Shown here in pieces: positions 63,903 through 64,000 of a DNA stretch of 64,000 nucleotides. The stretch is taken from the NCBI GenBank assembly GCA_030390025.1, contig CM059426.1, positions 5,394,001-5,458,000 on the forward strand, written 5' to 3'. Each line of letters begins with the position of its first letter. Positions within the stretch are counted from its first letter, which is position 1. The position numbers and the translations under genes are program-made. This DNA comes from Squalus acanthias (Eukaryota). The notes under the pieces were generated by a model. It saw only the letters and a program-made list of their open reading frames with translations, searched no databases and was not told the origin of the DNA.

Positions 63903-64000
63903 GGCCAAGAGTGAAGAAGTGCCGGCACTTCTCGGGCCTTAAAGGCACCATTACCATTGAAAAAGCAAGTTCAGCAAAAGCCCCATGCCACATATAGTTT

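Noticed and set aside
63162-63997. Three overlapping ~250-aa ORFs; superficially CRISPR-like periodicity
   Set aside because: They are translations of a stop-free minisatellite. There are no unique spacers and no cas genes, and the DNA is eukaryotic.
57600-64000. Expected neighbour ATP5F1A 3' exons (human synteny)
   Set aside because: I found no matching peptide on either strand.

Overview
Vertebrate genomic DNA, almost certainly from a cartilaginous fish (shark-type HE1/V-SINE, Deu-domain SINE, CR1, L2 and Penelope repeats). The only host gene I can support is the 5' part of PSTPIP2 (F-BAR protein) on the minus strand. It appears as four short coding exons, none in the ORF track: 49675-49707, 14608-14708, 5191-5265 and 3514-3548. 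They splice to MRESRFRDNFW-STDITSTIGYDNLTQHMNDGRKTCKELEDFIKQR-ASIEEKYGKELVSLSKKVCGQNELN-TLKRAFDVFKQ. Most of the rest is transposon-derived: many nested CR1 LINEs (one nearly full length), L2 and Penelope fragments, SINEs, a decayed two-gene Harbinger transposon, several MITE families with 3-bp target duplications, and three minisatellites. The most unusual element is in intron 2. It is the 3' half of a young-looking endogenous retrovirus-like element, with a 544-codon envelope gene broken by one in-frame stop, then a polypurine tract and a 1.64-kb LTR. The envelope architecture resembles foamy-virus/lokiretrovirus/paramyxovirus-F class I fusion proteins rather than orthoretroviral Env. One Penelope copy keeps an intact minimal hammerhead ribozyme core. 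Repeat boundaries were read by eye and are approximate unless a TIR, TSD or splice site is quoted. Protein family calls come from recalled motifs, not database searches.
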